From positions 1-64,000 of the forward strand of contig CAVPKM010000009.1 of the NCBI GenBank assembly GCA_963705725.1: a stretch of DNA of 64,000 bases, given 5' to 3'. Below the pieces are notes generated by a model. The model searched no databases. It saw nothing but the letters and a program-made list of their open reading frames with translations, and was not told the DNA's origin. Below, one piece after another: positions 43,301 to 53,746 of this stretch. Source of the stretch: an uncultured Gammaproteobacteria bacterium (GTDB lineage: Bacteria; Pseudomonadota; Gammaproteobacteria; UBA6002). A program made the position numbers and the translations under genes. The stretch's first letter is position 1; every line of letters begins with the position of its first letter.

Positions 43301-46300
43301 AACAATGCCATATAATAAGCAGAGTTAATCGTAGGATATTTTTTTATTCCTTCAGAGAACATTTTTAAGGACACACAAAGTTGCGGTATAATATTCTCAA
43401 TATCCTTTGCACCCAATCCTTTAATCAATGCCAGGTATCCCTGAAATTTATAAAAATCAAACGTTTGTTTATTAATTCGTTGATATTTTTTTTCACATTC
43501 TGATAGTATCTGTGGATATTGTTTAGCAGATAAAATTAAATTAATAATGTTGCTTACAAACATTTCTTCATTAAAATCTTCTGCGATTTCTGTAGGAATT
43601 TCAGACAAAACTATAGCATGTTCTTCTAAAAATTCATCTGCTTTATTCTGAGGAGTAGTCATTTCATGAAATAGATCATATTCTTGAATCAGCATGCCTG
43701 GTAATGAAGAACCTGATATTTTATCTATTCCGTCCAACATTTTAACAATATGCTTTATCGCGATTACAGGTTTTTCTATCACATCTAAGATAACTTTTTT
43801 GAATATTTCAAAATCTTTTTCTTTTTCGTTAATCAATTTTTCTAGTTTACTTTTTTCGGTTAGCAATTGAAGCAAATTAAAACCGTCAAGTTGTTCAAGA
43901 AGTCCTTCCACTGTTTTTTTATGTTCTTCTTGAGAAATCTGATTAGCTCTCAACTGATTTTCTAAGGAATTGAGCTTTTTGATCGTTTCCGATTGATCAA
44001 TAATCTCATCTCGGCTAGTCGTTAAGGTGTATACTGTAGTTTGCAGTTCTACAATTGCATTTTGATTAGACTGAATCGATTTTATATGTTGTTGAATAGC
44101 TTTTTTTGTTCCAAGATAATCCTTTTCATACACTGCAAATAAAATACTGCCTCGAGCAGATTGTTGATAAGGAATTTTATACCATCCGACAAAGCTTCTA
44201 TTATCTCGTTTATCTGTACTTAAGTTTTCCGCTTCAAGATCAACAAAATGAATAACAAAAGGATAAGGATCATTATTGATATAGTTAACTGTTTTATAGA
44301 TATTCCCAAAATATCCATTCCACCAACTATCTTGATTTTCAACGTCAATCGGAATTTTTTTTAATTCAATCAATTGAGTAGATCGCTCTAATTTAGCAAT
44401 TAATTCATTCAGAGTTTTATTTTCGTTTCTTAATTTTTGTATTTCCTCATTATATTTTGCAATCTGCTTATTAAAATCATTGATAAGTGTGACTTCGTAA
44501 CCAGGAGCATGCCCACCGTTTAAAGTTATTAATTCTTTTAGTTTTTGTGCTGATAAATGTATTTTTAATTCATTTTTTACACAAGGAATAATTTCATCTG
44601 TAAGATGAGTATTGGCACCCGTTAATCCTTCCAAAAGTATTTTAAAATCAACTATGTTAGCCACCTCGTAATCGCCACTTGATTTGATATAATAAAGTAC
44701 TCTGTAAGTATCGCCCCAAATATAGCTATTCTTAAACTTTGTTCTATCTGCTGGTAAATCCTTCATTAAATAGAGATCACACCCTCCTACATAGGCATCA
44801 CATTCATTATTATTGTCATTAACTTGTCCACCATTTTCAGAATCTAAGTAGGATTTTTTTAAATTCTCTACAGCTTGCTGCGAGCTAACAATTTGATTTT
44901 GTTTTTCAAGTGATTCTTTATAGCTCTCAATTTGCTTTTTTGCTTCTATGCACTTTTTTATTTGATCAATCCAATGTGGGACTTTTTTATCAATAGCTTG
45001 GCCTAAAACTAATCTGTCTGGATCATTTTTGAAATCAAATACCGTTTTATCGACAAAAACTTGGCTTACACAACAACGTGAAAGCCACTCATTAATTTTT
45101 TCCTTTGTTTCATCATTTTCAAAATTAACGAGAATAATGCCATTGCTTTCTATATTCCCATCATCATCTTTGTGCATTTTTGATTTTAAAACATTCAATA
45201 GTTTCTTGTATTTTTCAAAAGTTTCAGGATGATGTTCCGGACTTCTATGATCTTGTATAGCAATATATGCATCCATGAGGTTTTTTTCAGCTTCTTTAGA
45301 TCTTTCATTTACAAAATCATAAACACCTTCAATATTTTCGCTTATTCCACATTTATTGATTAAAAATAAAACTGGTATGCTTTCTAATCTAGATATGAAC
45401 TTATTCAAGGTATTTGCCAAAGCGGGAAAACCTTCAAAACGCGCTACATTAAGCGATGGCCAATCAATAACAACAATAATTCCCCTGACAATTTTTACGG
45501 CATTAATAAAACGCTGAATTGAAATTGAATTATGAATTTTATTATTCTCACCAGTATCACCAAAACCAGGACAATCGGCTAAAAAATTTCCTTCTTGAGT
45601 TTGATAAATTTTAATTTCCGTTGTACAACTTATTCCTTTTGAACTTGTTTTAGCTAAAACTGAATTTGAAAATATTTTTTTTTCGATTTCTAATTTTTCA
45701 TCTATGAATTTATAAAGCGGATAGAGAACAGTATTTATTGTATTATTCAAAGTTTCACGGGCTTGGCGAACCTGAGCAAATTTTTTTATAATTTGATTGT
45801 TGCTAATTTTATATAATTGCTGAAGAAAAGAATTTTCTTCAACTTTAACTAAAGTTGAATCATGATGTACATCTAGTAAATGAAGCATCATCCATTGACT
45901 TTTATCATGAGAAAATATAAATAAAAAACCTTCTAATTGATGTTTTTTATCTCGATATTCTTCCTTCCATTCAAAAATTTGCTTTTCATATTCCATTGTA
46001 TCTTTATTTTTGTCTCTTTGAGGTACAGGATAGATAATCGCTATGTCACAGTACATAATCTCGGATTTTGACTGTCCAGTTTGTTGAAATATGGCGTGTT
46101 GCCCCAGATTATAATTAATGCTGGTGCTTTTTCCTGCTCCCGTTGTTCCTATAACCAAAAATACTTCTTTTTCTTTTGCTTGATCGAGTGTTGCATGAAA
46201 TGCCTCATTTTTTAAGCCTAACTCTACCACAGCTTTAAGAGTTGGAGCTAAATTGTCAGCCCATTTACTGTTAGATTCAGCTATTAACTGTTCTTGATTA

Positions 46301-46305
46301 AACAT
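40315..46305 (-). CDS. 1996-aa multidomain protein: P-loop GTPase, coiled coils, ankyrin repeats, CE-protease-like domain
   Basis: G1 GTTGAGKST, G3 DCPG, G4-like NKC; heptad-rich segments; ankyrin FFIECGAKIN and LLLKKGAPVN. Confidence 0.7.
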   Translation of the reverse strand: MFNQEQLIAESNSKWADNLAPTLKAVVELGLKNEAFHATLDQAKEKEVFLVIGTTGAGKSTSINYNLGQHAIFQQTGQSKSEIMYCDIAIIYPVPQRDKNKDTMEYEKQIFEWKEEYRDKKHQLEGFLFIFSHDKSQWMMLHLLDVHHDSTLVKVEENSFLQQLYKISNNQIIKKFAQVRQARETLNNTINTVLYPLYKFIDEKLEIEKKIFSNSVLAKTSSKGISCTTEIKIYQTQEGNFLADCPGFGDTGENNKIHNSISIQRFINAVKIVRGIIVVIDWPSLNVARFEGFPALANTLNKFISRLESIPVLFLINKCGISENIEGVYDFVNERSKEAEKNLMDAYIAIQDHRSPEHHPETFEKYKKLLNVLKSKMHKDDDGNIESNGIILVNFENDETKEKINEWLSRCCVSQVFVDKTVFDFKNDPDRLVLGQAIDKKVPHWIDQIKKCIEAKKQIESYKESLEKQNQIVSSQQAVENLKKSYLDSENGGQVNDNNNECDAYVGGCDLYLMKDLPADRTKFKNSYIWGDTYRVLYYIKSSGDYEVANIVDFKILLEGLTGANTHLTDEIIPCVKNELKIHLSAQKLKELITLNGGHAPGYEVTLINDFNKQIAKYNEEIQKLRNENKTLNELIAKLERSTQLIELKKIPIDVENQDSWWNGYFGNIYKTVNYINNDPYPFVIHFVDLEAENLSTDKRDNRSFVGWYKIPYQQSARGSILFAVYEKDYLGTKKAIQQHIKSIQSNQNAIVELQTTVYTLTTSRDEIIDQSETIKKLNSLENQLRANQISQEEHKKTVEGLLEQLDGFNLLQLLTEKSKLEKLINEKEKDFEIFKKVILDVIEKPVIAIKHIVKMLDGIDKISGSSLPGMLIQEYDLFHEMTTPQNKADEFLEEHAIVLSEIPTEIAEDFNEEMFVSNIINLILSAKQYPQILSECEKKYQRINKQTFDFYKFQGYLALIKGLGAKDIENIIPQLCVSLKMFSEGIKKYPTINSAYYMALFAKIIHQLIEYKIRIDFSDLKKLIDTFFAEFSNSKQLYAYPLVLISAKTKNIKLIEFFIECGAKINALDSHECHLLDYLLCDLLHSTDKLMPSELSDFIANSLIPMGIKLEMGRSCISPAMHALVKYVDVVKTLWEGISVKDTCLLFLLLRREHPGKKQKFLLASYAGETVFKRIMEKSKNVPNKEEINDYRKAILSCFIDKGTFLHPLVLAEAISFKDSSLIEFFLNEYDCRKALQSSLYYGASALALAVSSQQKETISLLLKKGAPVNKSITSTLSKVVQKFLGDNQAANCLDFHSSYDASFFDCFLPSFKNSSHCVYYLFSDVEDSKYIEKFQLQLSKLILLSDKTNRPGLFISKESNDPIQYILGMYFEKKLIIVNPLGISKIQTFYDALNGMLQLNPELIIWLSETRFQQSEYEDNSLYSSGALILELSRYILEELDENSLAEFFSYLTKEMNSFNQNTYLELEENTQAVREINYYKTKINPILPKSLQGLLLANSKEKYQAAIVEIRKIHFNLLCYYTTYLPCLNNISTRNKMTINSYIECYNTKLINSPMNEVMNLLVVENKTIENIDKTPQYLPLQLALNDSFSPAILSLSSVSFSSYLCQLSDFYAKHPPFQSGLSLLRFALLAKVDYSIFELLIKSCKSDEIIYFYQLRLLYDASNYKIFKLLWNKLKHHITFDMLKQKYIYDSMLLHYIILHGSLETIKFLCNELLDLRYRAGLEISTSIFWHLGNLADESGSDNAITLSKTRNLNISLIVQTSALSEFFSAVNYFLENNKKEFKGAAEKIIKDLSNYLKTILANTDQIANEIKNLILMSNNILPIDQIITYLIKNIHLKQNYTQAQLPSLFLESISAFFETNQNDKQLSSDHSYADNRLEQENENLKNKLIDLCFLVKNNPDVAKAGTSLFLEYHGSLTFSCDALSADNFSPLKRENANLKTMLVQLSQLIQNNFEAATQVSNLALEKLVFSMETDSLQSNEQESSSLSRYYH

Positions 46306-46366
46306 TGAATTTACCTTAGGGTCAGCGAAAAATTATTATATAAAAATTATAAAACTAGTAACTATT

Positions 46367-47086
46367 TCAATTTGTCAGGCATCTATCACTGTCTTCTTCT
46401 AATAATTTATCTATTTCTTTCAAATGGTTATTAATTTTTTTTATGTTAAAGAATGTATTTGCTCCCAAATATATAGAAGCACCTAGCAGCATTGTTCCAG
46501 CAAAAAAAAGATTACACCCTGGAAATATGTTTGACTTAATTTGTTGAGAATAAAGATAGGCCTCAACTCTTAATGGGCACATGGATGTATTACTATCGCT
46601 ATCCAAGCTAATATAGTTATCATAATCTTCAATAATTTTTAGAAAAAACCCATTTAATAATTTTTCTTGAAAACAACATGCTATACAGGTTAAGCATACC
46701 CCTAATGTAGCGCCACACGTCATAACACACCTAAATAGTTCATTGTTTAAAAAAGAGTAGGCTTCTTTATAGAATTTTTTTTGATTAAGTCTTTCCGTTT
46801 TTAATTTTAAAAACTCATCAATTTGAACTAAAAATATGTCTGTCTGAAGGAATAATTCATCACGGTCATTGTTTAGCAGAAATATTTTTTTGATATCATC
46901 CGCTTCACCCATAAAGCAATCAAAATTTGATAAAAACCATTTTTTATGATCAGAAACTGCTTGCTTTACGAGTATGCTAAATAATCTCGGTAATTCGCGC
47001 GCTGATATTCTCTTTTTATTTAAATAGTCTTGTATCTTTTGATTAATATCTTTAGGGGTTACAGTAAGCTCTGTAAAATACTTCAT
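46367..47086 (-). CDS. Hypothetical protein with two hydrophobic segments
   Basis: ORF with RBS (gaggt); two Cys/Gly-rich hydrophobic stretches. Confidence 0.6.
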   Translation of the reverse strand: MKYFTELTVTPKDINQKIQDYLNKKRISARELPRLFSILVKQAVSDHKKWFLSNFDCFMGEADDIKKIFLLNNDRDELFLQTDIFLVQIDEFLKLKTERLNQKKFYKEAYSFLNNELFRCVMTCGATLGVCLTCIACCFQEKLLNGFFLKIIEDYDNYISLDSDSNTSMCPLRVEAYLYSQQIKSNIFPGCNLFFAGTMLLGASIYLGANTFFNIKKINNHLKEIDKLLEEDSDRCLTN

Positions 47087-47105
47087 CTCAACCTCGAATT
47101 TATTT

Positions 47106-48893
47106 TTATTTAAAGTGAATACTTAATTGTTCGGAAAGCGCGGATATAAAATTATTTTTTTGCTCTGCAGAATAATGCGTTGAAATCACTGGCGGTTTAG
47201 CTGGTGGTGGCATTTGAAACCAAGCTGCATAATTTGATCTTGAATTAGTATTCGATAATTTTTTTGAATTTATTTCACGCACTTTATCAGCATCCTGTTG
47301 ATATTTTTTTGTTACTGAATTTTCTTGCAGCTTTAATTCCATCACTGCTTGCTGCTGACTTTGGGTTAATAACCACTGATAATTACCTACAAAATCAAAC
47401 CATTGTTGCTTAAATAGAGACACTAATTCGTTCAGTTCTTTGCGATGTTGATCGATTTTTACAAGCTGAGACTGTATTTGTGACAACGATTCCTTGCAAT
47501 TTTTTTTCAGCTGTTCCAATTTATTCCAAAGAATATTACAGATTTCAAGATTTGGATTACAACTGAATTTTTTGTTTTCTGAACGATGATTATCATCTAC
47601 TTGAAGATCCATTGTTTCTTTAATAATGTTTATTGAACGGAACAGTTGAATAAACAAAGTTTGATAAATTTCAATAAATAATTGCAGTTGTGTTTTAGTT
47701 TCTTTACGCGCTATAAGTGAGCCATCTTGATGTAATAAGTAAGAAGCAGTCCGAATTAGCCTTGCTAATCTTGCTATAATTTCCAAATATCCTAAGAGGC
47801 TAAATGCTGCCTGCAAAGATTCTTCATGCTTTGCATGACAGAAAATTTTCAATATTCCTGTTTTTTCTGCAACCTCAATTGGCTCAAGCTGATCCATGCG
47901 TAGCCGATCAATTATAACCGCAGGAACATTGCCAGATTGAGTTAAAAATATGGTATTGCTACTCTCAGATAGCGACTGGGTCTGCTCGTTTCTTGTTACA
48001 TAATGCATGATTTTATTTATAAAATGGTTACCATCCAATAAATTCTGCAATTCATAATGCACTGCACTGTTTCCAAAAAATAATTCTTTAATATCTTTAC
48101 TTGCAGCAAATTTATATAAGTAATTAAACCAAGTTTTAGCAAGCATTTTTTGATGGAACTCTCTGTCAATATTTTTATCATAAAAACTTGCCAGATTAAA
48201 ATCTAAAGGCAACGCTTCATAAGTCATCATGTGAGCAACATATTCAAAACTAAGCTCAACTGTAACCTTGGTAGCATGCGATAAAATATCCAGATAATCT
48301 GCAATTGTGCGGCGACTTAATTCTAATTCAATCTCTTGATAAACCTGACTAAATAATCCATTCAAGTTTCCTAAAAGCCATTGCAATGTATAAGGGAGTT
48401 GTCTTTCTTCGTGATGAGGAAATAATAGTTCTTTGTTTGGCAAGGTCGCAACTTTAAGTCGTTCAATAAATTTTTTCCAATTGTCTACGGTATTAAGTAA
48501 TGTATCATTGATAGCTGATCCAACAAAACCTAGCTTAAAATCTTGAAGCATTTGTATACAAAGCAAGCTCTGTGGATCATTATTATATGTTGAGGATTTA
48601 CTTAGCCTTCCCACTAGGTATTTGAGAATTTTGGACTGAATTAAATTAGCATAACTGGTTAAAAGATGACTTTCTGTGTAACGATCGAATGGATTCATCG
48701 ATTCCATTGTTACACCTCTTAGCGGCACTCCCTCTGTATCAGTTTCTAAAAATGTATGCGCTAGGGCGGTTTTTGCATCACCATTTTGTTTAATGGTTTC
48801 AACATATAGATTCTGTAATTTCTTAAGGGTTTGCAACTGTCTTTCGGTATAATTTGCAATAAATCGCCAATTATCCCATTTATATTTCAACAT
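47106..48893 (-). CDS. Hypothetical helical/coiled-coil protein
   Basis: 595-aa ORF with GGAG RBS; C-terminal coiled coil and PPPAKPP. Confidence 0.65.
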   Translation of the reverse strand: MLKYKWDNWRFIANYTERQLQTLKKLQNLYVETIKQNGDAKTALAHTFLETDTEGVPLRGVTMESMNPFDRYTESHLLTSYANLIQSKILKYLVGRLSKSSTYNNDPQSLLCIQMLQDFKLGFVGSAINDTLLNTVDNWKKFIERLKVATLPNKELLFPHHEERQLPYTLQWLLGNLNGLFSQVYQEIELELSRRTIADYLDILSHATKVTVELSFEYVAHMMTYEALPLDFNLASFYDKNIDREFHQKMLAKTWFNYLYKFAASKDIKELFFGNSAVHYELQNLLDGNHFINKIMHYVTRNEQTQSLSESSNTIFLTQSGNVPAVIIDRLRMDQLEPIEVAEKTGILKIFCHAKHEESLQAAFSLLGYLEIIARLARLIRTASYLLHQDGSLIARKETKTQLQLFIEIYQTLFIQLFRSINIIKETMDLQVDDNHRSENKKFSCNPNLEICNILWNKLEQLKKNCKESLSQIQSQLVKIDQHRKELNELVSLFKQQWFDFVGNYQWLLTQSQQQAVMELKLQENSVTKKYQQDADKVREINSKKLSNTNSRSNYAAWFQMPPPAKPPVISTHYSAEQKNNFISALSEQLSIHFK

Positions 48894-48959
48894 GCTAAAA
48901 AATACTCCCTGTATTCAGTTATTGTTCACTCCCTCGCACACATTACTATGATTTAGAAG

Positions 48960-49130
48960 TAACTGTTCAGCACAAATGCTTGAAGTCGCTAAACGTTCAG
49001 ATTTTAGCTAGATTCGGACAAAAAATTTAATTAAAAAGCGGAGCATACAATAAGTAGTGAGCAGTTTTAATTAAGTTTTTTGTTCGAAGATGGCAAAATA
49101 TGGACGTTTCAACCCTGTGCTGAATAGTTA
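48960..49130. mobile_element. RPE-like palindromic element, copy 1
   Basis: Terminal IR taactgttcagcaca/tgtgctgaatagtta; core aaaaagcggagcatac..gta.gtgagca. Confidence 0.7.
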
Positions 49131-49134
49131 CCAT

Positions 49135-50106
49135 TTAGAAATGCTGGTAACCTTTCCATACAAAGGGCCATTTCTTATTTTCTTCGTCTAGAATTATTAA
49201 ATCTTGTACCTCAGTTATTCGACCAATACAAGTATAAGAAAAGCCTTTCTGATTCAATTTTTCTATTTTCATTTTGTTTTGCGGTGACAAGGTAAAACAG
49301 AGTTCATAATCGTCCCCTGCACTCAAAGCTAATTCATATCTCTTCCTTTTTGACAATTTTTCTAAACTTTTAGAAATTGGAATTTTATTTAGCTCGAGTT
49401 CTGCCCCTACTTGATTAGTCTTTAAAATATGCGTTAGATCCGCTAATAAACCATCTGAAATATCAATCGCTGCGCTGGCAAGAGAAGCGATTGCCGCAGC
49501 TTCTTTAATGCGCGGAGTAGGATACCATAGAGACGCATTTAACTTTTTTATTTCTTCAATATCAAACAGTGCAGCATCGATTTCATGCTTGAGGATCGCC
49601 AGTGCAAGCGCTGCATTTCCCAAGGTATGCGTAACATAAATATCATCACCAACTTGTGCGCCGAAACGACGCAAAGCTTTTCCTGCAGACGCGAAGCCCA
49701 TAATTTGCGTAGTGACAGACAGGAATCCTCTAGTGGTATTACCGCCCACTAAATCCACATGATATTCTTTTAGTATTTTAAAAAGTCCTGCTGAGAAATC
49801 AGCAAGCCATTTTTCGTCCGGTTCTGGCAAGGTAAGAGAAAGCAACAACCACGAGGGGTCTCCTCCCATTGCCGCCATATCGCTCAAGCTCACAGCAGCA
49901 CAACGATAACCAATTTCAAAAGGTGTAGTAATAGGTAAAAAATGACGGTTCAATAATAACGTGTCAGTGGAAACCAGCAATTCCTTATCAGGAGGCACAC
50001 GTAAAATCGCACAATCATCGCCTATACCTAAGACGACATCATTACGATAATGGCTTTGCGTAAAGAAAGATTTAATGATAGCAAATTCATCAAGTGGCAC
50101 TGTCAT
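49135..50106 (-). CDS. thiL: Thiamine-monophosphate kinase
   Basis: GIGDDCA, SLSDMAAMGG, IDISDGL, GDDYEL. Confidence 0.95.
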   Translation of the reverse strand: MTVPLDEFAIIKSFFTQSHYRNDVVLGIGDDCAILRVPPDKELLVSTDTLLLNRHFLPITTPFEIGYRCAAVSLSDMAAMGGDPSWLLLSLTLPEPDEKWLADFSAGLFKILKEYHVDLVGGNTTRGFLSVTTQIMGFASAGKALRRFGAQVGDDIYVTHTLGNAALALAILKHEIDAALFDIEEIKKLNASLWYPTPRIKEAAAIASLASAAIDISDGLLADLTHILKTNQVGAELELNKIPISKSLEKLSKRKRYELALSAGDDYELCFTLSPQNKMKIEKLNQKGFSYTCIGRITEVQDLIILDEENKKWPFVWKGYQHF

Positions 50107-50566
50107 CACGTTGGTGTTGCTGTTTAGCGCGACTTAATTGTACTTCAAGCGTACGAAGTATTTTCGCAAGTCTATCCAATACTCCATTAACAAATTTAAA
50201 TCCCTCTTGTGCTCCAAATTTTTTAGTCACCTGAAGCGCCTCGTTAATGATAACTTTATAGGGTACATCTTGACGATAAATCAGCTCATACAAAGCAATG
50301 CGCAAAATAGCTAATTCTACCGGATTGAGTTCATGGAAGGGACGGTCAATCGCTTGATCGATATAATTATCTAGCTCGGTTAAATTTTTTGGTACGTTAT
50401 GAAGTATTTCCGTGAAGTATGCTGTGTCTACTTTGGCCATATCATTATCTTCATGGAATTGAATTTCAATTTCAGTTGGAGGTTCTTGAGTAAATTGCCA
50501 TTGATAAATGGCCTGCATAGCGAGAATACGCGCCCTATGCCTGGCAAGAGTTTTTGGATTAGTCAT
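50090..50566 (-). CDS. nusB: Transcription antitermination factor NusB
   Basis: [32 protein letters not shown]. Confidence 0.95.
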   Translation of the reverse strand: MTNPKTLARHRARILAMQAIYQWQFTQEPPTEIEIQFHEDNDMAKVDTAYFTEILHNVPKNLTELDNYIDQAIDRPFHELNPVELAILRIALYELIYRQDVPYKVIINEALQVTKKFGAQEGFKFVNGVLDRLAKILRTLEVQLSRAKQQHQRDDSAT

Positions 50567-51029
50567 TATTTTCTTCTTGATTTACTTCTAAGCGGTCGAT
50601 TTCTTCTTTAAAGGCATTCACATCTTGGAAACTACGGTAAACTGATGCAAAACGAACATAGGCAACTTGATCTACTTCACGAAGTTCTTGCATGACTAAT
50701 TCGCCAATTAGCTTGGAGCTAATTTCTTTTTCCCCAGAAGAACGGAGCTGATGGATAATTTTATTGACAGCTAAATCAATGACTTCCACACTTACCGGAC
50801 GCTTCTCTAGCGCTCTTGTCATGCCTCTACGTAATTTTTCTTCATCAAATGGACTACGTCGGCCATCATTTTTAATAATGCGAGGTAAAATTAACTCCGC
50901 AATTTCATAGGTGGTAAAGCGTTCCTTGCAGGTGACACATTCCCGTCTTCGTCTAACCTGATTGCTTTCGCTTACTAAACGAGAATCAATTACCTTTGAA
51001 TCCGGGGTATTACAAAAAGGACAATGCAT
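50559..51029 (-). CDS. nrdR: Transcriptional repressor NrdR
   Basis: [22 protein letters not shown]. Confidence 0.97.
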   Translation of the reverse strand: MHCPFCNTPDSKVIDSRLVSESNQVRRRRECVTCKERFTTYEIAELILPRIIKNDGRRSPFDEEKLRRGMTRALEKRPVSVEVIDLAVNKIIHQLRSSGEKEISSKLIGELVMQELREVDQVAYVRFASVYRSFQDVNAFKEEIDRLEVNQEENND

Positions 51030-51049
51030 GTAGCGTTAACCTCTAGCCA

Positions 51050-52304
51050 TTACACATAGACAGGAAAACGTTCACAAAGCTCTGTGACTTGTTGTCTAAC
51101 ATCAGCAATCACATGCTCATTTTCGATATCATCCAAAATATCGCTTATCCATTGAGATAGGATGGTACATTCCAATTCCGTAAAACCACGAGTCGTGACT
51201 GCAGGGGTTCCAATGCGAAATCCACTTGTAATAAAGGGAGATCGCGGATCGTTAGGAATGGTGTTTTTATTAACTGTAATATGGGCCTTACCTAATGCAA
51301 CTTCTGCATCTTTTCCAGTGATATTTTTGTTGACCAAATCAACAAGAAATAAGTGATTATCTGTTCCTCCAGAAACGAGGGTATAACCTCTTTCTAAAAA
51401 AGTTTGCGCCATCATCTTTGCATTGGCTAACACCTGTTTTTGATAGGTGATGAAATCCGGCATTAATGCTTCCTTCAAGGCCACGGCTTTTGCAGCAATA
51501 ACATGCATTAAGGGGCCACCTTGCAACCCTGGAAAAACAGCTGCATTGAGTTTTTTTTCTATTTCCTCATTGGCTTTTGCTAAAATTAAGCCCCCTCTTG
51601 GACCGCGTAAGGTTTTATGCGTGGTCGTAGTAGTAACATCAGCTATCTGCACCGGAGAAGGATAAAGACCTGCTGCCACTAAACCCGCGACATGAGCCAT
51701 ATCCACCACTAAATAAGCCTTAACCTCATCTGCGATTTCGCGAAAAATTTGCCAATCCACAATTCGTGAATAGGCGGAAAAACCTGCAACAATCATTTTT
51801 GGGTGGTGTGTTCTTGCAAGTTTCCTAACATTCTCATAATCAATTTCGCCACTTTCAGAATCTATGCCATAGAGAATGGCATGATAAATTTTTCCTGAAA
51901 AATTTACTTTTTGCGCCATGCGTTAAATGCCCGCCGTGTGCTAAGTTCATGCCAAGTAGCGTATCACCTGGATTGAGCAGGGCCATATAGGCCGCAGCAT
52001 TGGCTTGAGAACCCGAATGAGGCTGTACATTCGCATAATCCGCGTTAAATAATTTTTTTGCACGATCAATTGCCAATTGCTCAACTAAATCAACATATTC
52101 ACAGCCGCCATAATAGCGCTTGCCTGGATAACCTTCAGCATACTTGTTGGTGAGCACAGAACCTTGGGCTTGTAATACTCGCAAACTGGCGTAGTTTTCA
52201 GAAGCAATCAGCTCAATATGCTGCTCTTGGCGATGCGCTTCTGCCTCAATAGCATTCCACAAGTCAGGATCATATTCAGCAATTGAAAAATCATTTTGAA
52301 TCAT
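51050..52304 (-). CDS. glyA: Serine hydroxymethyltransferase, 1-nt frameshift in a homopolymer near 51910
   Basis: [40 protein letters not shown]. Confidence 0.95.
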
Positions 52305-52385
52305 TGATGCTCCTTGGAGTAAAACCGCCATTAAACCTGCCGATCATATACTAAATTTAATTAAGTGTATATGAGGGTATGCCCT

Positions 52386-53744
52386 TCAAACGTGGCTAAT
52401 TGCTTCTTTTAAATGCGTGATCGCAACCACATCTAGGCCGGGAACCGATTTTTTAGGCTCATTCGCTTTTGGTACAATTGCCATTTTAAATCCATGTTTT
52501 GCCGCCTCCTTTAGTCTTTCTTGACCACTTTGCACAGGCCTGATTTCTCCTGCCAATCCTACTTCTCCAAAAAGAATTAACTCCTTTACTAAAGGTTTAT
52601 TTCTTAAGCTTGAGATGACCGCCAACAGCAAGGCAAGATCGATTCCTGTTTCCGTCACCTTAACTCCTCCTACAACATTGATAAAAATGTCTTGCTGATA
52701 GGTGGCAATTCCTCCATGACGATGAAGCACGGCCAATAACATCGCTAAGCGATTTTGATCTAGCCCAACTGTCACCCTTCTTGGGTTTGCAAGATGACTT
52801 TCGTCAACTAATGCTTGCACTTCAACCAGAAGTGGGCGACTGCCCTCCCAAGTTACCATCACACTGCTTCCAGGAACAGATTGCTGATAATTGGATAAAA
52901 AAAAGGCAGAGGGGTTGCTGACTTCCCGCAATCCTTTGTCCGTCATCGCAAAAACGCCTAATTCATTGACTGCACCAAAACGGTTCTTTACCGCCCTTAT
53001 CATACGGTATCGCTGATCACTTTGACCTTCAAAATAAAGAACGCAATCCACCATATGCTCCAACACCCTTGGCCCGGCCAAGCTGCCCTCCTTCGTGACA
53101 TGACCAATAAGAAAAAGAATGCAGCCTGACTGTTTTGCAAAACGTACAAGTTGAGCTGCGCTTTCACGAACTTGAGACACTCCGCCAGGAGCAGATTGCA
53201 GGCTGCCCGTAAAAATCGTTTGAATAGAGTCAATCACCATAACTTGTGGCTTTTTCTGTAGAGCAATTTGGATAATGGCTTCGACATTTGTTTCAGCAAG
53301 TAATTGAAGGCTAGCTTCAAAAAGCTTGAGTCTTTTTGCACGCAATGTTACTTGCTGCAAGGACTCTTCTCCTGTGACATATAAGCAAGAATATTGCCTA
53401 CTTAAATGGCAAAGCGTTTGTAGCAGCAAGGTGGATTTTCCAATTCCAGGATCTCCACCGAGAAGTATGACGGAACCAACAACCAACCCACCACCCAGGA
53501 CCAGATCAAATTCAGGCAATTGGCTACTAATGCGATCGATTTCTTCTAATTTGACCTGAGAGATTAATGTGCATTCGCCAGTCGCCGCATTGGCATAACC
53601 CTGGAATCGATTCAGGGGTGAGCTTCCTCTCACCACCTCTTCAACCATGCTATTCCAACTACCACAGTCTGCACATTGACCAGACCACTTTGGCGCTTGA
53701 ACGCCGCAATGCTGGCAAATATAGAACACTTTATTTTTATTCAA
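52386..53744 (-). CDS. radA: DNA repair protein RadA/Sms
   Basis: C4 zinc finger, GDPGIGKST, KNRFG. Confidence 0.97.
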   Translation of the reverse strand: MNKNKVFYICQHCGVQAPKWSGQCADCGSWNSMVEEVVRGSSPLNRFQGYANAATGECTLISQVKLEEIDRISSQLPEFDLVLGGGLVVGSVILLGGDPGIGKSTLLLQTLCHLSRQYSCLYVTGEESLQQVTLRAKRLKLFEASLQLLAETNVEAIIQIALQKKPQVMVIDSIQTIFTGSLQSAPGGVSQVRESAAQLVRFAKQSGCILFLIGHVTKEGSLAGPRVLEHMVDCVLYFEGQSDQRYRMIRAVKNRFGAVNELGVFAMTDKGLREVSNPSAFFLSNYQQSVPGSSVMVTWEGSRPLLVEVQALVDESHLANPRRVTVGLDQNRLAMLLAVLHRHGGIATYQQDIFINVVGGVKVTETGIDLALLLAVISSLRNKPLVKELILFGEVGLAGEIRPVQSGQERLKEAAKHGFKMAIVPKANEPKKSVPGLDVVAITHLKEAISHV

Positions 53745-53746
53745 CG

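Noticed and set aside
46367-46381. C-terminal CLTN as a CaaX motif (also CKKQ at ~61050)
   Set aside because: Non-canonical aaX residues and no paralog support
50090-51029. Absence of rib genes between nrdR and nusB as a novel deletion
   Set aside because: Direct glyA-nrdR-nusB order is the usual arrangement in Legionella and Coxiella
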